Shown here piece by piece: positions 27,854 to 37,701 of a stretch of 64,000 nucleotides of DNA (position 1 is its first letter; each line of letters opens with the position of its first letter). The translations under genes and the position numbers were made by a program. The notes under the pieces are model-generated. The model searched no databases. It saw only the letters and a program-made list of their open reading frames with translations, and had not been told where the DNA came from. The DNA is from Candidatus Moranbacteria bacterium GW2011_GWC2_40_12 (GTDB taxonomy: Bacteria; Patescibacteriota; Minisyncoccia; Moranbacterales; UBA11712): assembly GCA_000995965.1 (NCBI GenBank), contig LBYD01000001.1:76923-140922 (forward strand), given 5' to 3'.

Positions 27854-29494
27854 CTAGCGCTTCCATTTTTTGTTTATCGCGCTTTTGATAAATTCTTTGA
27901 AAAGCGGATGCGGGTGAAGCGGAGAAGATTTGAATTCGGGGTGGAATTGGGTTCCGAGGTGGAAAGGATGCGATTTTTTGGGAAGTTCGGCGATTTCCAT
28001 GAGGCGGCCGTTGGGCGAAGTGCCGGAAAATGCGAGGCCGGATTTTTCGAGCCGCGCGATGTATTCCGGATTCACCTCCCAGCGGTGGCGGTGGCGTTCG
28101 GAAATAGTTTGGCTTTTGTAAGCTCCAAAAGCGATGGTATTTTTCTTGAGCGTTGCCGGATAAGCTCCGAGCCGCATGGTCGCGCCAAAATTTTTGTCGG
28201 CGAGATTCTTTTTTTGCTCGGGCATAATATCAATCACAGGATATTTTGTATCGCGGTTTATTTCTGTGGTATTCGCGCCCTTGAGGCCAAGGACATTTCT
28301 CGCGAATTCAATCACAAGAAGCTGCATGCCATAGCAAAGGCCAAAATAAGGTATCCGGTTTTTGCGGCAAAATTCGATCGCTTTTATTTTTCCTTCCACT
28401 CCCCGCTCTCCGAATCCACCGGGGACGATTATTCCCGCGTATTTTTTTAGTTCACGGACTTTGGCTGGATTTCTTTGATATTCTTCCGAGTTGAGCCAGT
28501 CGATTACCGGTTTTCTTTTAAATGAATAGCAAGCGTGTTTTATTGCTTCGATGACAGAAATATATGCATCAGAAAGCACAAAATCACCTGTCCCGAAATA
28601 TTTTCCGACAATGCCGATCCTAAGCGGCTTTTTTGAAATGCGGATGTTTCTCGCCATGGCCCGCCACTTAACCAAATCCTTTTTCTTGGGCCGGAGCCCC
28701 ATTTTTTTGAGAATTGTCCGGCTCAGGCCGTCATTTTCAAAATTGACCGGAACCTCATATACAGAATCAATGTCCGGCGCGCTAATAACATCCTCTTCCC
28801 GAAGATTGCAATGATCGGCTAATTTTTCTTTTCTTTTCTTGTCGAGAGATATTTCGGAGCGGGCAATGATAATGTCGGGCTGGATGCCGGCGGCATTCAA
28901 GGACCGGACGGCATATTGGGTCGGTTTCGTTTTCATCTCTCCGATTTTGTTCGGTACGGGAAGATAGCTGACAAGGACAAAAAGCACATCGCCGCGGCTG
29001 GCAAGCCGGAGCATTCTGCCTGCCTCGAGAAACAAAAGCCCCTGATATTCGCCAAGCGTTCCGCCGATTTCAATGAGCATAATATCGGCTTTCGATTTTT
29101 TTTGCGCCTTTTGGATGCGGCGGATGATTTCTTTCGGAACATCCGGCACGACGTCGACGCAGCGGCCGCCATAGCCCATCGAGCGCTCACGGTCGATGAT
29201 CGTTTTATATACCATGCCGTTGGTCATATAGTTTTCTCTCGAGAGCTTCAGATTCAAAAATCTCTCATAATGGCCCATGTCCTGGTCTGTCTCGAGTCCA
29301 TCGTCCAAAACAAACACTTCTCCATGCTCGGTCGGGTTCATAGTTCCCGCGTCAACATTGAGATACGGGTCAATTTTCATGACGGTCACGCGAAAGCCTT
29401 TTGATTGCAAAATGTTCCCGATTGAAGCAGTAGCAATCCCCTTTCCGACTCCGCTCATCACTCCTCCAACGACAAAGATGTATTTTGGTTTCAT
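27854..29494 (-). CDS. pyrG: CTP synthase
   Basis: IFVVGGVMSGVGKG is near the N-terminus. The C-terminal glutamine amidotransferase domain carries GLCYGMQ. Length is 546 aa. Confidence 0.9.
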   Translation of the reverse strand: MKPKYIFVVGGVMSGVGKGIATASIGNILQSKGFRVTVMKIDPYLNVDAGTMNPTEHGEVFVLDDGLETDQDMGHYERFLNLKLSRENYMTNGMVYKTIIDRERSMGYGGRCVDVVPDVPKEIIRRIQKAQKKSKADIMLIEIGGTLGEYQGLLFLEAGRMLRLASRGDVLFVLVSYLPVPNKIGEMKTKPTQYAVRSLNAAGIQPDIIIARSEISLDKKRKEKLADHCNLREEDVISAPDIDSVYEVPVNFENDGLSRTILKKMGLRPKKKDLVKWRAMARNIRISKKPLRIGIVGKYFGTGDFVLSDAYISVIEAIKHACYSFKRKPVIDWLNSEEYQRNPAKVRELKKYAGIIVPGGFGERGVEGKIKAIEFCRKNRIPYFGLCYGMQLLVIEFARNVLGLKGANTTEINRDTKYPVIDIMPEQKKNLADKNFGATMRLGAYPATLKKNTIAFGAYKSQTISERHRHRWEVNPEYIARLEKSGLAFSGTSPNGRLMEIAELPKKSHPFHLGTQFHPEFKSSPLHPHPLFKEFIKSAINKKWKR

Positions 29495-29619
29495 GTTTTC
29501 TTTACGAACTACGAATTAATTACGAATGCGACAATGTCTATAAAAAAGAAATTATTTCAAGAAAATAAGGGTGATAAATTCACCCCTGCCAAAAATTATT
29601 AAAAAAGCGAAACGAAACA

Positions 29620-30072
29620 TTATTTCGTCTTCTCTTCTCCGACCAAAATTATCCTTATATTTGCCTCGAGACCGTGGTTCAGGCTGATCTGCGCGTCATA
29701 TTCTCCCATTTCCTTTATCGGTTCAAGCAGTTTAATATTTTCTGAATTAATCTCAATCCCCTCGTCTTTGAAGGTCTTTGCGATAGTTTTTTCGTTGACG
29801 GATCCGAAAAGTTTTCCTTCCGTTTCTTTCACTTTGACATAGAGTTCGCGTCCTTCGAGTTGTTCAGCCAGTTTCTGGGCTTCTTCAAGCTCGAGTTTCG
29901 CACTTTCAGCTTTTTTCTTCGTTTTATCCTCGGCATTTTTTATCGCTGCGTCTGTTGCCGGTTCGGCCATCTTTTTGGGAAACAAAAAATTTCTCGCAAA
30001 TCCGTCTGCCACTTCTTTTACTTCTCCCTCCTTGCCGAGATTATCGACATTTCTTGTTAGTATGACTTTCAT
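29620..30072 (-). CDS. rplI: 50S ribosomal protein L9
   Basis: MKVILTRNVDNLGKEGEVKEVADGFARNFLFP is the L9 N-terminal domain. Length is 150 aa. Confidence 0.85.
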   Translation of the reverse strand: MKVILTRNVDNLGKEGEVKEVADGFARNFLFPKKMAEPATDAAIKNAEDKTKKKAESAKLELEEAQKLAEQLEGRELYVKVKETEGKLFGSVNEKTIAKTFKDEGIEINSENIKLLEPIKEMGEYDAQISLNHGLEANIRIILVGEEKTK

Positions 30073-30137
30073 ATTATTTCTGCCCCCTTGCGATGATTAT
30101 ATAGAAAATTTTGACAACTGCCAATAGCCGAAATCGA

Positions 30138-31409
30138 TTAAATTTCTCCTTTCAAAATTTCGAGCGCCTTGTCCATCTGCGGATCGCGGCTGTTGTTGTA
30201 GTCATCATCGCTGATATCGATTATAACATCCGGTTCAATGCCTTTTTCCATTATATAATCTCCCTTTGGAGTAAGCCAGCGGGCAATGGTGATTCGCAGA
30301 TTTGATCCGCCTGTCATTTTTTCGAGTTGCTGGACAGAACCTTTTCCAAACGTCTTATTGCCGACCAGCTTGGCTCCGAGATCATCTCTCAAAGCTCCGG
30401 CCAATATTTCTGAAGCGCTGGCGCTGCCGCTGTTTACGAGGACGGTCACGGGGATTCCTCTGAGAATATCGCCTCCCTCGGCTTTATACTCATTCCGTTT
30501 CCCGCCCCGATCCTCTTCAGAAACCACCAAAACGTCCTTTGGAATGAATTTGGAAGCAGTCTTGACAGCTGTCTCCAGGTATCCCCCGGGATTATTTCGC
30601 AAGTCGAGTATAATGCCCGAAGACCCTCGGCCGATGACTTCATTCGCGGCTTTGCTGAATTCAAAACTTGTGTCGTCCCCGAATTTTGAAATTTTGATGA
30701 CCGCGATATTGTTTTCTTTGAATTCTACCTTAACGCTCTTGACGTTTATGGTGTCGCGGGTGATGGTTATTTCTATCGGACTTCCGTTTTTATCCCGAAG
30801 GACCGTCAGTTTCACCTCCGTGCCTTTCGGGCCGCGAATTTTTGATACTGCCTCGTCAACGGACATTTCAGTTGTCACCGTGTCGCCAATTTTCAAGATC
30901 ATATCTCCGGCTTTGAGTCCCGCCTGATCGGCCGGAGTCCCATCAATTGGGGCAATAACGGTCAGTATATCATTTTTTAGGCCGATTTCCGTTCCAATTC
31001 CTTCAAATGTTCCCTGCATATCGTTTGAAAATTGCTGGCTTTCATCCGGATTCATGAAGCTTGAAAACGGGTCGCCAAGCGATTTGACCATTCCGGAAAT
31101 AGCGCCATAAAGCATCTTATTTTTGTCAATCTTTGAGGGATCAACATATTTCTCATTGATAAGGTTCCAGGCCTCCCAAAAGAGATCAGAATCCACATCC
31201 TGCGGCTGGCTTTTGTCGTGGTTTTCAAGAAGAAGATTTTGAATCAAGTCAGTCTTGTTGGCTTTTGCGGATTTGTATTGGGAATAAAAAACTCCGCCAT
31301 AAAAACTGGCGCATACAAGCACGATGATCAGGAAAAAACGGAAATGTTTTCGGAAAGAATTCCTGGGCGGCTGGATATTTGCTTCTTCAGACGAGTTTGT
31401 TTCGTTCAT
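30138..31409 (-). CDS. ctpA: Carboxyl-terminal processing protease (S41 family) with PDZ domain
   Basis: PDZ segment GAGLKAGDMILKIGD is present. S41 motifs NSGSASASEILAGAL and TFGKGSVQ are present. N-terminal TM anchor. Confidence 0.8.
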   Translation of the reverse strand: MNETNSSEEANIQPPRNSFRKHFRFFLIIVLVCASFYGGVFYSQYKSAKANKTDLIQNLLLENHDKSQPQDVDSDLFWEAWNLINEKYVDPSKIDKNKMLYGAISGMVKSLGDPFSSFMNPDESQQFSNDMQGTFEGIGTEIGLKNDILTVIAPIDGTPADQAGLKAGDMILKIGDTVTTEMSVDEAVSKIRGPKGTEVKLTVLRDKNGSPIEITITRDTINVKSVKVEFKENNIAVIKISKFGDDTSFEFSKAANEVIGRGSSGIILDLRNNPGGYLETAVKTASKFIPKDVLVVSEEDRGGKRNEYKAEGGDILRGIPVTVLVNSGSASASEILAGALRDDLGAKLVGNKTFGKGSVQQLEKMTGGSNLRITIARWLTPKGDYIMEKGIEPDVIIDISDDDYNNSRDPQMDKALEILKGEI

Positions 31410-31416
31410 TGGTTTT

Positions 31417-32238
31417 TTATTTATCTATGTGCGGGTTTGGCATTCCGATGTACTTCCAAAAATATTTGAGAGCGCTTCTGATGTGTTCCCGAGTCAGTTT
31501 GTTCAAGAAAACGGCCCTGAGCGCGCTTTGGCTTGCTGATCCTTTTCCGTGATAATGGAACATTTTCGCGTGAGGATAGTAAACGACTCTGAGTCTTTTC
31601 TCCCAAAACCGGCGGCACCAATCTACGTCTTCAAAATACATAAAGCCAAAATTTTCTTCCATCAAACCGACTTTTTCGAAAGCTCTTCGGGTGGTCATCA
31701 TGGCGGATCCCATTACCCAGTCAACATCTTGCGGTTTTCCGAGGTCCTTGTCTTTATACAAGAATTTGTCAATTTTTCTTTTGGCGAAACGGAATTTCCC
31801 AAGAAAAGTCCGTCGATAGACGATAATAGGCGGCGTATAAAACCGGAAACAGGAAGGTTGCACCTTTCCGTCAAAATTCATGAGTTTTGGCCCGATAATT
31901 CCTATTTGAGGATCTTTTTTCAGTTCCTGAAGCAGTATGTCAGCGGATTTTTTTTCGATTATTATATCCGCGTTTAGTATGAGAATAAAATTACCTTTTG
32001 ATTTTCTTAGCCCGTTGTTCACTAGCCTGGCAAAACCCAAATTGTCCTTATGCGGAAAGAAACGGATATCCGGGAAATCTTCCCGCATCATCATTTCTGT
32101 CTCTTCTTCTGTGGCGCTGTCAAAAACAAGGATTTCGCGGTTTTCATTGAGTATATTCTTTCTAAGTGATTCCAGGCAAAGCCGAAGAACCGAGGGGTTT
32201 TTGTAGCTTGAAACGATAATGGATAACTCTTTTTTCAT
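31417..32238 (-). CDS. GT2 glycosyltransferase
   Basis: LSIIVSSYKNP, FDSATEEE, ILNADII and YFEDVDWCRR motifs are present. Confidence 0.7.
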   Translation of the reverse strand: MKKELSIIVSSYKNPSVLRLCLESLRKNILNENREILVFDSATEEETEMMMREDFPDIRFFPHKDNLGFARLVNNGLRKSKGNFILILNADIIIEKKSADILLQELKKDPQIGIIGPKLMNFDGKVQPSCFRFYTPPIIVYRRTFLGKFRFAKRKIDKFLYKDKDLGKPQDVDWVMGSAMMTTRRAFEKVGLMEENFGFMYFEDVDWCRRFWEKRLRVVYYPHAKMFHYHGKGSASQSALRAVFLNKLTREHIRSALKYFWKYIGMPNPHIDK

Positions 32239-32301
32239 CTCTCACATATTAATTTCCCATTTTCAGCTTCCAGCGCGTTTAGCCAGATTAACCGATTTCT
32301 T

Positions 32302-33360
32302 CTACTGGAAAATATTTCGGCATACTTCTCGAATCTTCTCATAATTTCCTCCGGTTGGCAAAAGCACGTAGGTTTTTCCTTCTGGCGTATCGGCGCGGGT
32401 CGAATAAAGCAATCCTTCATCTGATGTGTCGAATACTTTTTGGCTTATTTGCGGGTTCTGCGTCGTATTTGCCAGATTGAAAAACTTTTTCATTTCCGAA
32501 ATATCCATATCAGTGCGGACGTCTTCTCCGAGAACATTGAGGATATTGTTCACTTTTCCGAAATCGGCAAGTGTTCCGAGGCTCATCAGCTTATCCTTGA
32601 GGGCAAGCAAAACCTGCTGCTGCCGCCGAGCCCGTTCAAAGTCCGAAGAAGCGTATCGGGCACGGACAAAAAACAGGGCCTTTGAACCGTCGATGTGGTT
32701 TTTTCCGGATGGTAATGTGAAATTGAGTGCGTTTTCTCCTTCAAATTGAGTCGGCTCGGAAAAAGGGCTGTCAAGGTAGATATCAACTCCTCCGACCGTG
32801 TCAACCAACTCCTTAAAGCCGTTAAAATCTATCCGGACAGCGTAATGGATAGGAATGCCCGTTATGTCGCCGACAATTTGCTTCATGGCCTCCATGCCTT
32901 TTCCCTCTCCTTTTTCCTCATAAAGGGCATGGACAGAGTTGATTTTTCCTTGATTTGAGGTTCCGGGATAGTTTACCCAAATATCGCGGGGAATGGACAC
33001 AATCGCAACTTTGTTTTCTTTCGGCCTTGCCATCACTACCATGATGGAATCAGCCAAAAGTCCTCCGCCGAGCATGTTGTTTCCTCGCATGCCAAGCAGA
33101 AGGATATTGATTTGGCCCTCTTCTTCTCCCTGAAGCTGGTCAGAACCAATGCCCGGAATTGATTTCCAAAGCGATTTTATAAACCCGTCCCTGGTTGAAA
33201 TTTTGCTTAGGGTCGTTCCGGTCCGATACATCGCATATCCGCCAGTCGCGATCAAAAGAAGAAGAATGACCGCCAAAATCCTAAACCATCTTTTTTTCCA
33301 GAATCTTTTTTTTCTTGGCTTCGTGATTCCGTCTTCGTGTCTTGATCCGAAAATTCCCAT
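32302..33360 (-). CDS. LytR-CpsA-Psr (LCP) family cell-wall polymer phosphotransferase
   Basis: N-terminal TM. LLLGMRGNN...ADSIMVV, IPRD and RARY...RARRQQQVL are LCP hallmarks. Confidence 0.75.
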   Translation of the reverse strand: MGIFGSRHEDGITKPRKKRFWKKRWFRILAVILLLLIATGGYAMYRTGTTLSKISTRDGFIKSLWKSIPGIGSDQLQGEEEGQINILLLGMRGNNMLGGGLLADSIMVVMARPKENKVAIVSIPRDIWVNYPGTSNQGKINSVHALYEEKGEGKGMEAMKQIVGDITGIPIHYAVRIDFNGFKELVDTVGGVDIYLDSPFSEPTQFEGENALNFTLPSGKNHIDGSKALFFVRARYASSDFERARRQQQVLLALKDKLMSLGTLADFGKVNNILNVLGEDVRTDMDISEMKKFFNLANTTQNPQISQKVFDTSDEGLLYSTRADTPEGKTYVLLPTGGNYEKIREVCRNIFQ

Positions 33361-33508
33361 ATGTTTTTAATGCTGGTTAATTTGCGCACAAAATAAAAAT
33401 AATTAGCCTTGGAGGCATCATTCACGAGTATACTATAAAAAAATATTTATGGCAAAACAAATCGAGACATAAAATAATACGCGCCCAGGGAGATGTCCTT
33501 GGGCGCGG

Positions 33509-36091
33509 TTACGGCCTGGCTTGCAGGCTGTTGATTTTTTGGATTAAGTCCTGAATTTCGCTAAGAAGCACGGCAGGCGTTGTGTTCAATCTTTTGGCCG
33601 CTGCTATGCCAATTTTTAATTTTTCAAATCCGAGTATTGCAAGCAGTCTTATCTCAGATGGCTTTAGACGCTTGATCACTCCAGCGATTTCCGGTCTGAC
33701 GCCGTTCTTTTTCGGGTCTTTTTTTTCAAGCCTAAATTGAACAGCTCCAGAAAACTCGGGATCAAGGATTAAAGTATTGTCGTCTGCGAGCAACATAGGT
33801 TGCCACTTCTTGTTAATGCTCGGCGACCTTTCCGGTGGGACGCGAGGAATCGGCATTTCGGCTGCCGGAATAACCGGAGGCTCAATCGGGAAAATCGGCG
33901 TGCCGATCTCCGAAAAAAGCATCACAATCACTTGAGGCGGTTGGCCAAAAATAAACCTCCTTTCGCCGTCATTCCTTGTGTATGAGGTGCGAAGCGGCGG
34001 AACGCGCGGAACACGTATTTTGTCTTTCAGGATAACCGGAGGCTCAATCGGAAAAATCGGCGTGCCGATCTCCGAAAAAAGCATCTCGGTTATTCTTGGA
34101 GGATCACCGAAGACAAACCTTTTTTCTCCGATAATTTCCGTATCAGGAGATTTAGGCTTTTTGGATATGGCATTCTCCGAAACGACTTCCTTATCCTCAA
34201 AGGGTGGGTAATACCTTGGATAGCAAGCCGGCGGGCGCCGCGGCCTCGGACGATGATCCTGCGGATGCTCGCAGAGCGGAATTACAACATCCTCCACTTT
34301 TCCCGAACGCCAGTGTTTGGCGTTAAAAATTATTTCGAAATGTTGACGGTCAGGAAACGCGGGATAGTACGGATTTGAGCCCTTTTTCCTGCGATTTCCG
34401 TTAGCCGAACCCTCATCATAAAAGGATTTCAATCTTGTGACACGGGACGGATGCCGAAGTTTGCGCAGGGCTTTGGCTTCAATCTGCCGGATGCGTTCGC
34501 GCGTGACTTCGAAATCTTTATCATGCCCGACCTCCTCCAAAGTCATATCTTTTGCTTCCCCGATGCCGAAGCGCTTGCGAAGGACTTTTTCCTCGCGCGG
34601 CGTCAATGTGGTCAGCATCTTGCGGGTTTGGTCTGCCAGATTGAGACTGGCGACTGCCTCAAATGGAGTGGAAACTTTCTCATCTTTTATGAAATCGCCC
34701 AGAAAATCATTCTCATCTTCACCGACAGGAGTTTCGAAGGATATTGGTTCCTTCGCGATTTTGAGGACTTTCAGCACTTTCTCCAAAGGAAATTCCATCT
34801 TGTCGGCGATTTCTTCGGCAGTTGGCTCTCGCCCCATTTCCTGGACCAGATACCGCGAGGTCCGGATAAGCTTATTGATGGTTTCGATCATATGGACCGG
34901 TATGCGGATGGTGCGAGCTTGATCGGCGATGGCGCGGGTAATGGCCTGCCTGATCCACCAGGTGGCATATGTGCTGAATTTGTAGCCGCGCTCGTATTCG
35001 AACTTTTCCACGGCTTTCATGAGACCGACATTGCCTTCCTGGATGAGATCCAGGAATTGAAGCCCGCGGTTGGCGTATTTCTTGGCGATGCTCACCACCA
35101 GCCGCAGATTGGCTTCTACCATTTCCCGTTTGGCCTTGTGAGCTTTATACTCGCATTTTTCCAGTTTTTCCACAGTGGCCAGCAACTGGCCAGAAGGGAG
35201 ACCGATAATCTGTTCGTATCTTCGCAGTTCGTTGCGGGTTTTATTTTGCAGGTATTTCAGCTCTTCGAATCTCTCCGGTGCTAAGCCGGCCGGCAGCAGA
35301 ATTTCTGCTTCCTGTTTGGACTTCCGGACAATGTCCCTGAGCTTTGTTTCAGATATTTTGGCACAGGCGAACGCCGCATTTTTCTTGCGGATGAGATCGC
35401 GCGCCGCGGAGGCGATCACGCGCAAATCCTCGGCGATTGCCTGAAAATAAATCGGCTCGAGACGCAGTGCTTCGAAGCGATCAGCCAGACGCCGACGGGC
35501 CGCGACAATGGACCGCTGAATTTGATCAACTTCATCGCTGTCCGGCGGAAGGACTGCCAATCTTTCGCCCAGCAGGTTAATTTTTTGATATTCCGCCAAA
35601 AATCCGGAAATAATCCAAGAATTCCTGGATTTTCGATCTGCCGGATCCGTGTTCAGGTCTTCTTCGCCGAAGTCGTCGATTTTTTCTTCAGCCTTCGACA
35701 TTTTATAATTCGTTCCGTGTTTCAAGCCTTTGACGAAGTCGGCGACATTTCTCAATGAGTAAGGAATCTCAAAGAGGGTCGAAAAAAATTCTCTCTCGCC
35801 AGCTTCAATCCGTTTGGCAATCGCGACTTCCTGCTCGCGGGTAAGAAGAAGAGGAATTTCACACATATCTTTGAGATACAGGCGAACAGGATCGTCGAAT
35901 TTCATCGAAGCTTCTGTTTCAGCGTCTTTTTCTTGAAGTAGCGGACGTTCGTTAATCTCCCCTTCCTCGTTTGTTTCGTCGGCAAGATCCGATTCATAAG
36001 ATGATGAAAGCGTCCCGAAGTCTTCTACGGGTTCTCCGTTTGACAGTTGGTCAATCATAATATCCGTGACAGAATCGTCGTCGTAAGACAT
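33509..36091 (-). CDS. rpoD: RNA polymerase sigma-70 factor RpoD with ~300-aa C-terminal extension (tandem Pro-rich repeats plus a second region-4-like HTH)
   Basis: Acidic region 1.1 and [10 protein letters not shown] region 1.2 are present. Regions 2-4 are canonical ([27 protein letters not shown]; [31 protein letters not shown]). The reading frame stays open about 300 aa further. A strong SD aaGGAGGtga lies 7 nt upstream of the ATG. Confidence 0.85.
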   Translation of the reverse strand: MSYDDDSVTDIMIDQLSNGEPVEDFGTLSSSYESDLADETNEEGEINERPLLQEKDAETEASMKFDDPVRLYLKDMCEIPLLLTREQEVAIAKRIEAGEREFFSTLFEIPYSLRNVADFVKGLKHGTNYKMSKAEEKIDDFGEEDLNTDPADRKSRNSWIISGFLAEYQKINLLGERLAVLPPDSDEVDQIQRSIVAARRRLADRFEALRLEPIYFQAIAEDLRVIASAARDLIRKKNAAFACAKISETKLRDIVRKSKQEAEILLPAGLAPERFEELKYLQNKTRNELRRYEQIIGLPSGQLLATVEKLEKCEYKAHKAKREMVEANLRLVVSIAKKYANRGLQFLDLIQEGNVGLMKAVEKFEYERGYKFSTYATWWIRQAITRAIADQARTIRIPVHMIETINKLIRTSRYLVQEMGREPTAEEIADKMEFPLEKVLKVLKIAKEPISFETPVGEDENDFLGDFIKDEKVSTPFEAVASLNLADQTRKMLTTLTPREEKVLRKRFGIGEAKDMTLEEVGHDKDFEVTRERIRQIEAKALRKLRHPSRVTRLKSFYDEGSANGNRRKKGSNPYYPAFPDRQHFEIIFNAKHWRSGKVEDVVIPLCEHPQDHRPRPRRPPACYPRYYPPFEDKEVVSENAISKKPKSPDTEIIGEKRFVFGDPPRITEMLFSEIGTPIFPIEPPVILKDKIRVPRVPPLRTSYTRNDGERRFIFGQPPQVIVMLFSEIGTPIFPIEPPVIPAAEMPIPRVPPERSPSINKKWQPMLLADDNTLILDPEFSGAVQFRLEKKDPKKNGVRPEIAGVIKRLKPSEIRLLAILGFEKLKIGIAAAKRLNTTPAVLLSEIQDLIQKINSLQARP
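33790..34120 (-). repeat. 2 x 162-bp in-frame tandem direct repeat within rpoD 3-prime extension
   Basis: ccggaggctcaatcgg(g/a)aaaatcggcgtgccgatctccgaaaaaagcatc occurs at about 33874 and 34036, a period of 162 bp (54 aa). It encodes ...[30 protein letters not shown]... and ...[30 protein letters not shown].... Confidence 0.7.
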
Positions 36092-36220
36092 TCGGGATCA
36101 CCTCCTTTCCCTTTCGGGATATTTTTTTGTCAAAGGGCAGTTGCCTGTTTAAAAAACAGAGCCCTCCTGCTCCTTTGTATAAACTAAAATATTATGCGTT
36201 TTTTGGCAAATTTACGGCTG

Positions 36221-36249
36221 AAAATAAAAAAGGCGGCCAGTAGGCCGCC
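36221..36249 (-). terminator. Rho-independent terminator for the small minus-strand gene
   Basis: On the + strand the hairpin is GGCGGCCagtaGGCCGCC, preceded by aaaataaaaaa. That gives a T-run after the hairpin on the - strand. Confidence 0.6.
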
Positions 36250-36269
36250 CGAGTCCGGGATAAAATTGA

Positions 36270-36455
36270 TTAACACGGGGATTGTTTCCCGGTCGAGGAA
36301 CAATCGGCGGTAGCGGTCGGTCTTATTCCGTTCAAAAAGTCCTTGGCTTCCTTAAGCGCCTGTTCGCTAATCACAGGCGGGCCGACTTTTTTGACTTGAG
36401 GACGACCGAACGGATGGTGTTTTTCGTGGACGTAATTTTTTCCGCTCCTTGACAT
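36270..36455 (-). CDS. Hypothetical small protein (61 aa)
   Basis: Strong SD GGGAGGAGGG lies 5 nt upstream of the ATG (MSRSGKNYVHEKHH...). A terminator follows the gene. Confidence 0.4.
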   Translation of the reverse strand: MSRSGKNYVHEKHHPFGRPQVKKVGPPVISEQALKEAKDFLNGIRPTATADCSSTGKQSPC

Positions 36456-36527
36456 GGTTTCCCTCCTCCCAAAAAATATTGAAATCATGAAACTTTAGCA
36501 CACTCCAATTGATAAGTCAATGACCGT

Positions 36528-37679
36528 TCAACCCAGTAAAGATGAGTATATGTGAAGCGTTTTTTGCGCGGTTTTTTGCCAGGTGAATTTTTGGGCGGTA
36601 TTTCGTCCTTTTTCGATCAAATTGTTCCTTAGGTTTGCATTATCCAATATTTTTTGAATATTTTCAGCGAATGCGGCGCTGTTTTTCGGGTCGCAAAAAA
36701 GTGCTGAATCTTCACCTATTTCACGAAAAACTGGAATGTCCGAGCAGACAACCGGCGTGCCGGCGGCCATGGATTCGATAGCTGGAATTCCAAAGCCTTC
36801 ATAAAGTGAAGGAAAAACGAGGCACTCGGCCGTTTGAATCAAGGCGGGCTTGTCTTCTTCTTCAATCCAGCCCGGGAAAATCACTTTATCTTTAAGGTTA
36901 TTTTTGTCAATTGACTCATCAATTTTTTTGTCGAAATTATGGGCTTCCCTGTTTCCGGCCAGGATCAATTTTATGTCAAGATTTTTTATCGATTCAATAA
37001 GAACCGGAATATTTTTTCTTGGCTGCAAAGTGCCGATATGGAGGATGAATTTAGCGCCAGGTATCTGATATTTGGCCTTTACGCCATCAATTTCTCCAAG
37101 AGAAAATTTTTGGCTGAATTTTTCAAAATCAACGCCGTTATGCGTAAATTCCATTTTTTCCAGAGGGATTTTATAAAAATCAATGATATTTTTTTTCTCA
37201 CTTTCGGAAACAGTGATTATTTTGTCCGCCCGTTGAATGCTTCGCGGGAGGAGCGTTTTTAGGAAAAACAAATCGGATTTTTTGATATGCTGCGGGAAAA
37301 AATTGAATGAAATATCGTGAATCGTAAGGACTAATTTTATATTTTTCGGCAGCCAAAAGGGCGCGATATATTGGGTATGAAAAATATCCACCGGATTTTT
37401 TTTGAGATAATTCGGCAGATCCCAAAAATTCCACCAAAAGCGATTTAGCGAGTTTATGAAGATAACTCTGAAACTATCATCCAATTTTAGTTTATCAATC
37501 TCTATTTTCAGAGTACTGTCTTTTTCCGGATCGCGATCAGTGAAAAGAACATACTTGTTATCCGCAGCGGTCGAACCGCTACGATTGATTTTCGCGAGAT
37601 TTTTCACCAAATTTAAAAAATATACTTCATCACCAGTGCGTTTTTTGCCTATTGTCCGTATATCTATGCCAATTTTCAT
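36528..37679 (-). CDS. GT4 (GT-B fold) glycosyltransferase
   Basis: C-terminal LVFPSLYEGFGIPAIESMAAGTPVVCSDIPVFREI is a GT4 motif. Confidence 0.75.
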   Translation of the reverse strand: MKIGIDIRTIGKKRTGDEVYFLNLVKNLAKINRSGSTAADNKYVLFTDRDPEKDSTLKIEIDKLKLDDSFRVIFINSLNRFWWNFWDLPNYLKKNPVDIFHTQYIAPFWLPKNIKLVLTIHDISFNFFPQHIKKSDLFFLKTLLPRSIQRADKIITVSESEKKNIIDFYKIPLEKMEFTHNGVDFEKFSQKFSLGEIDGVKAKYQIPGAKFILHIGTLQPRKNIPVLIESIKNLDIKLILAGNREAHNFDKKIDESIDKNNLKDKVIFPGWIEEEDKPALIQTAECLVFPSLYEGFGIPAIESMAAGTPVVCSDIPVFREIGEDSALFCDPKNSAAFAENIQKILDNANLRNNLIEKGRNTAQKFTWQKTAQKTLHIYSSLLG

Positions 37680-37701
37680 AAACTCGCGAATTTAGAACGA
37701 A

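Noticed and set aside
33790-34120. Tandem direct repeats with about 100-bp spacers, which could be mistaken for a short CRISPR array
   Set aside because: There are only two copies, they are in frame inside rpoD, and they encode a repeated peptide. No cas genes are present and the repeat/spacer lengths are not CRISPR-like.
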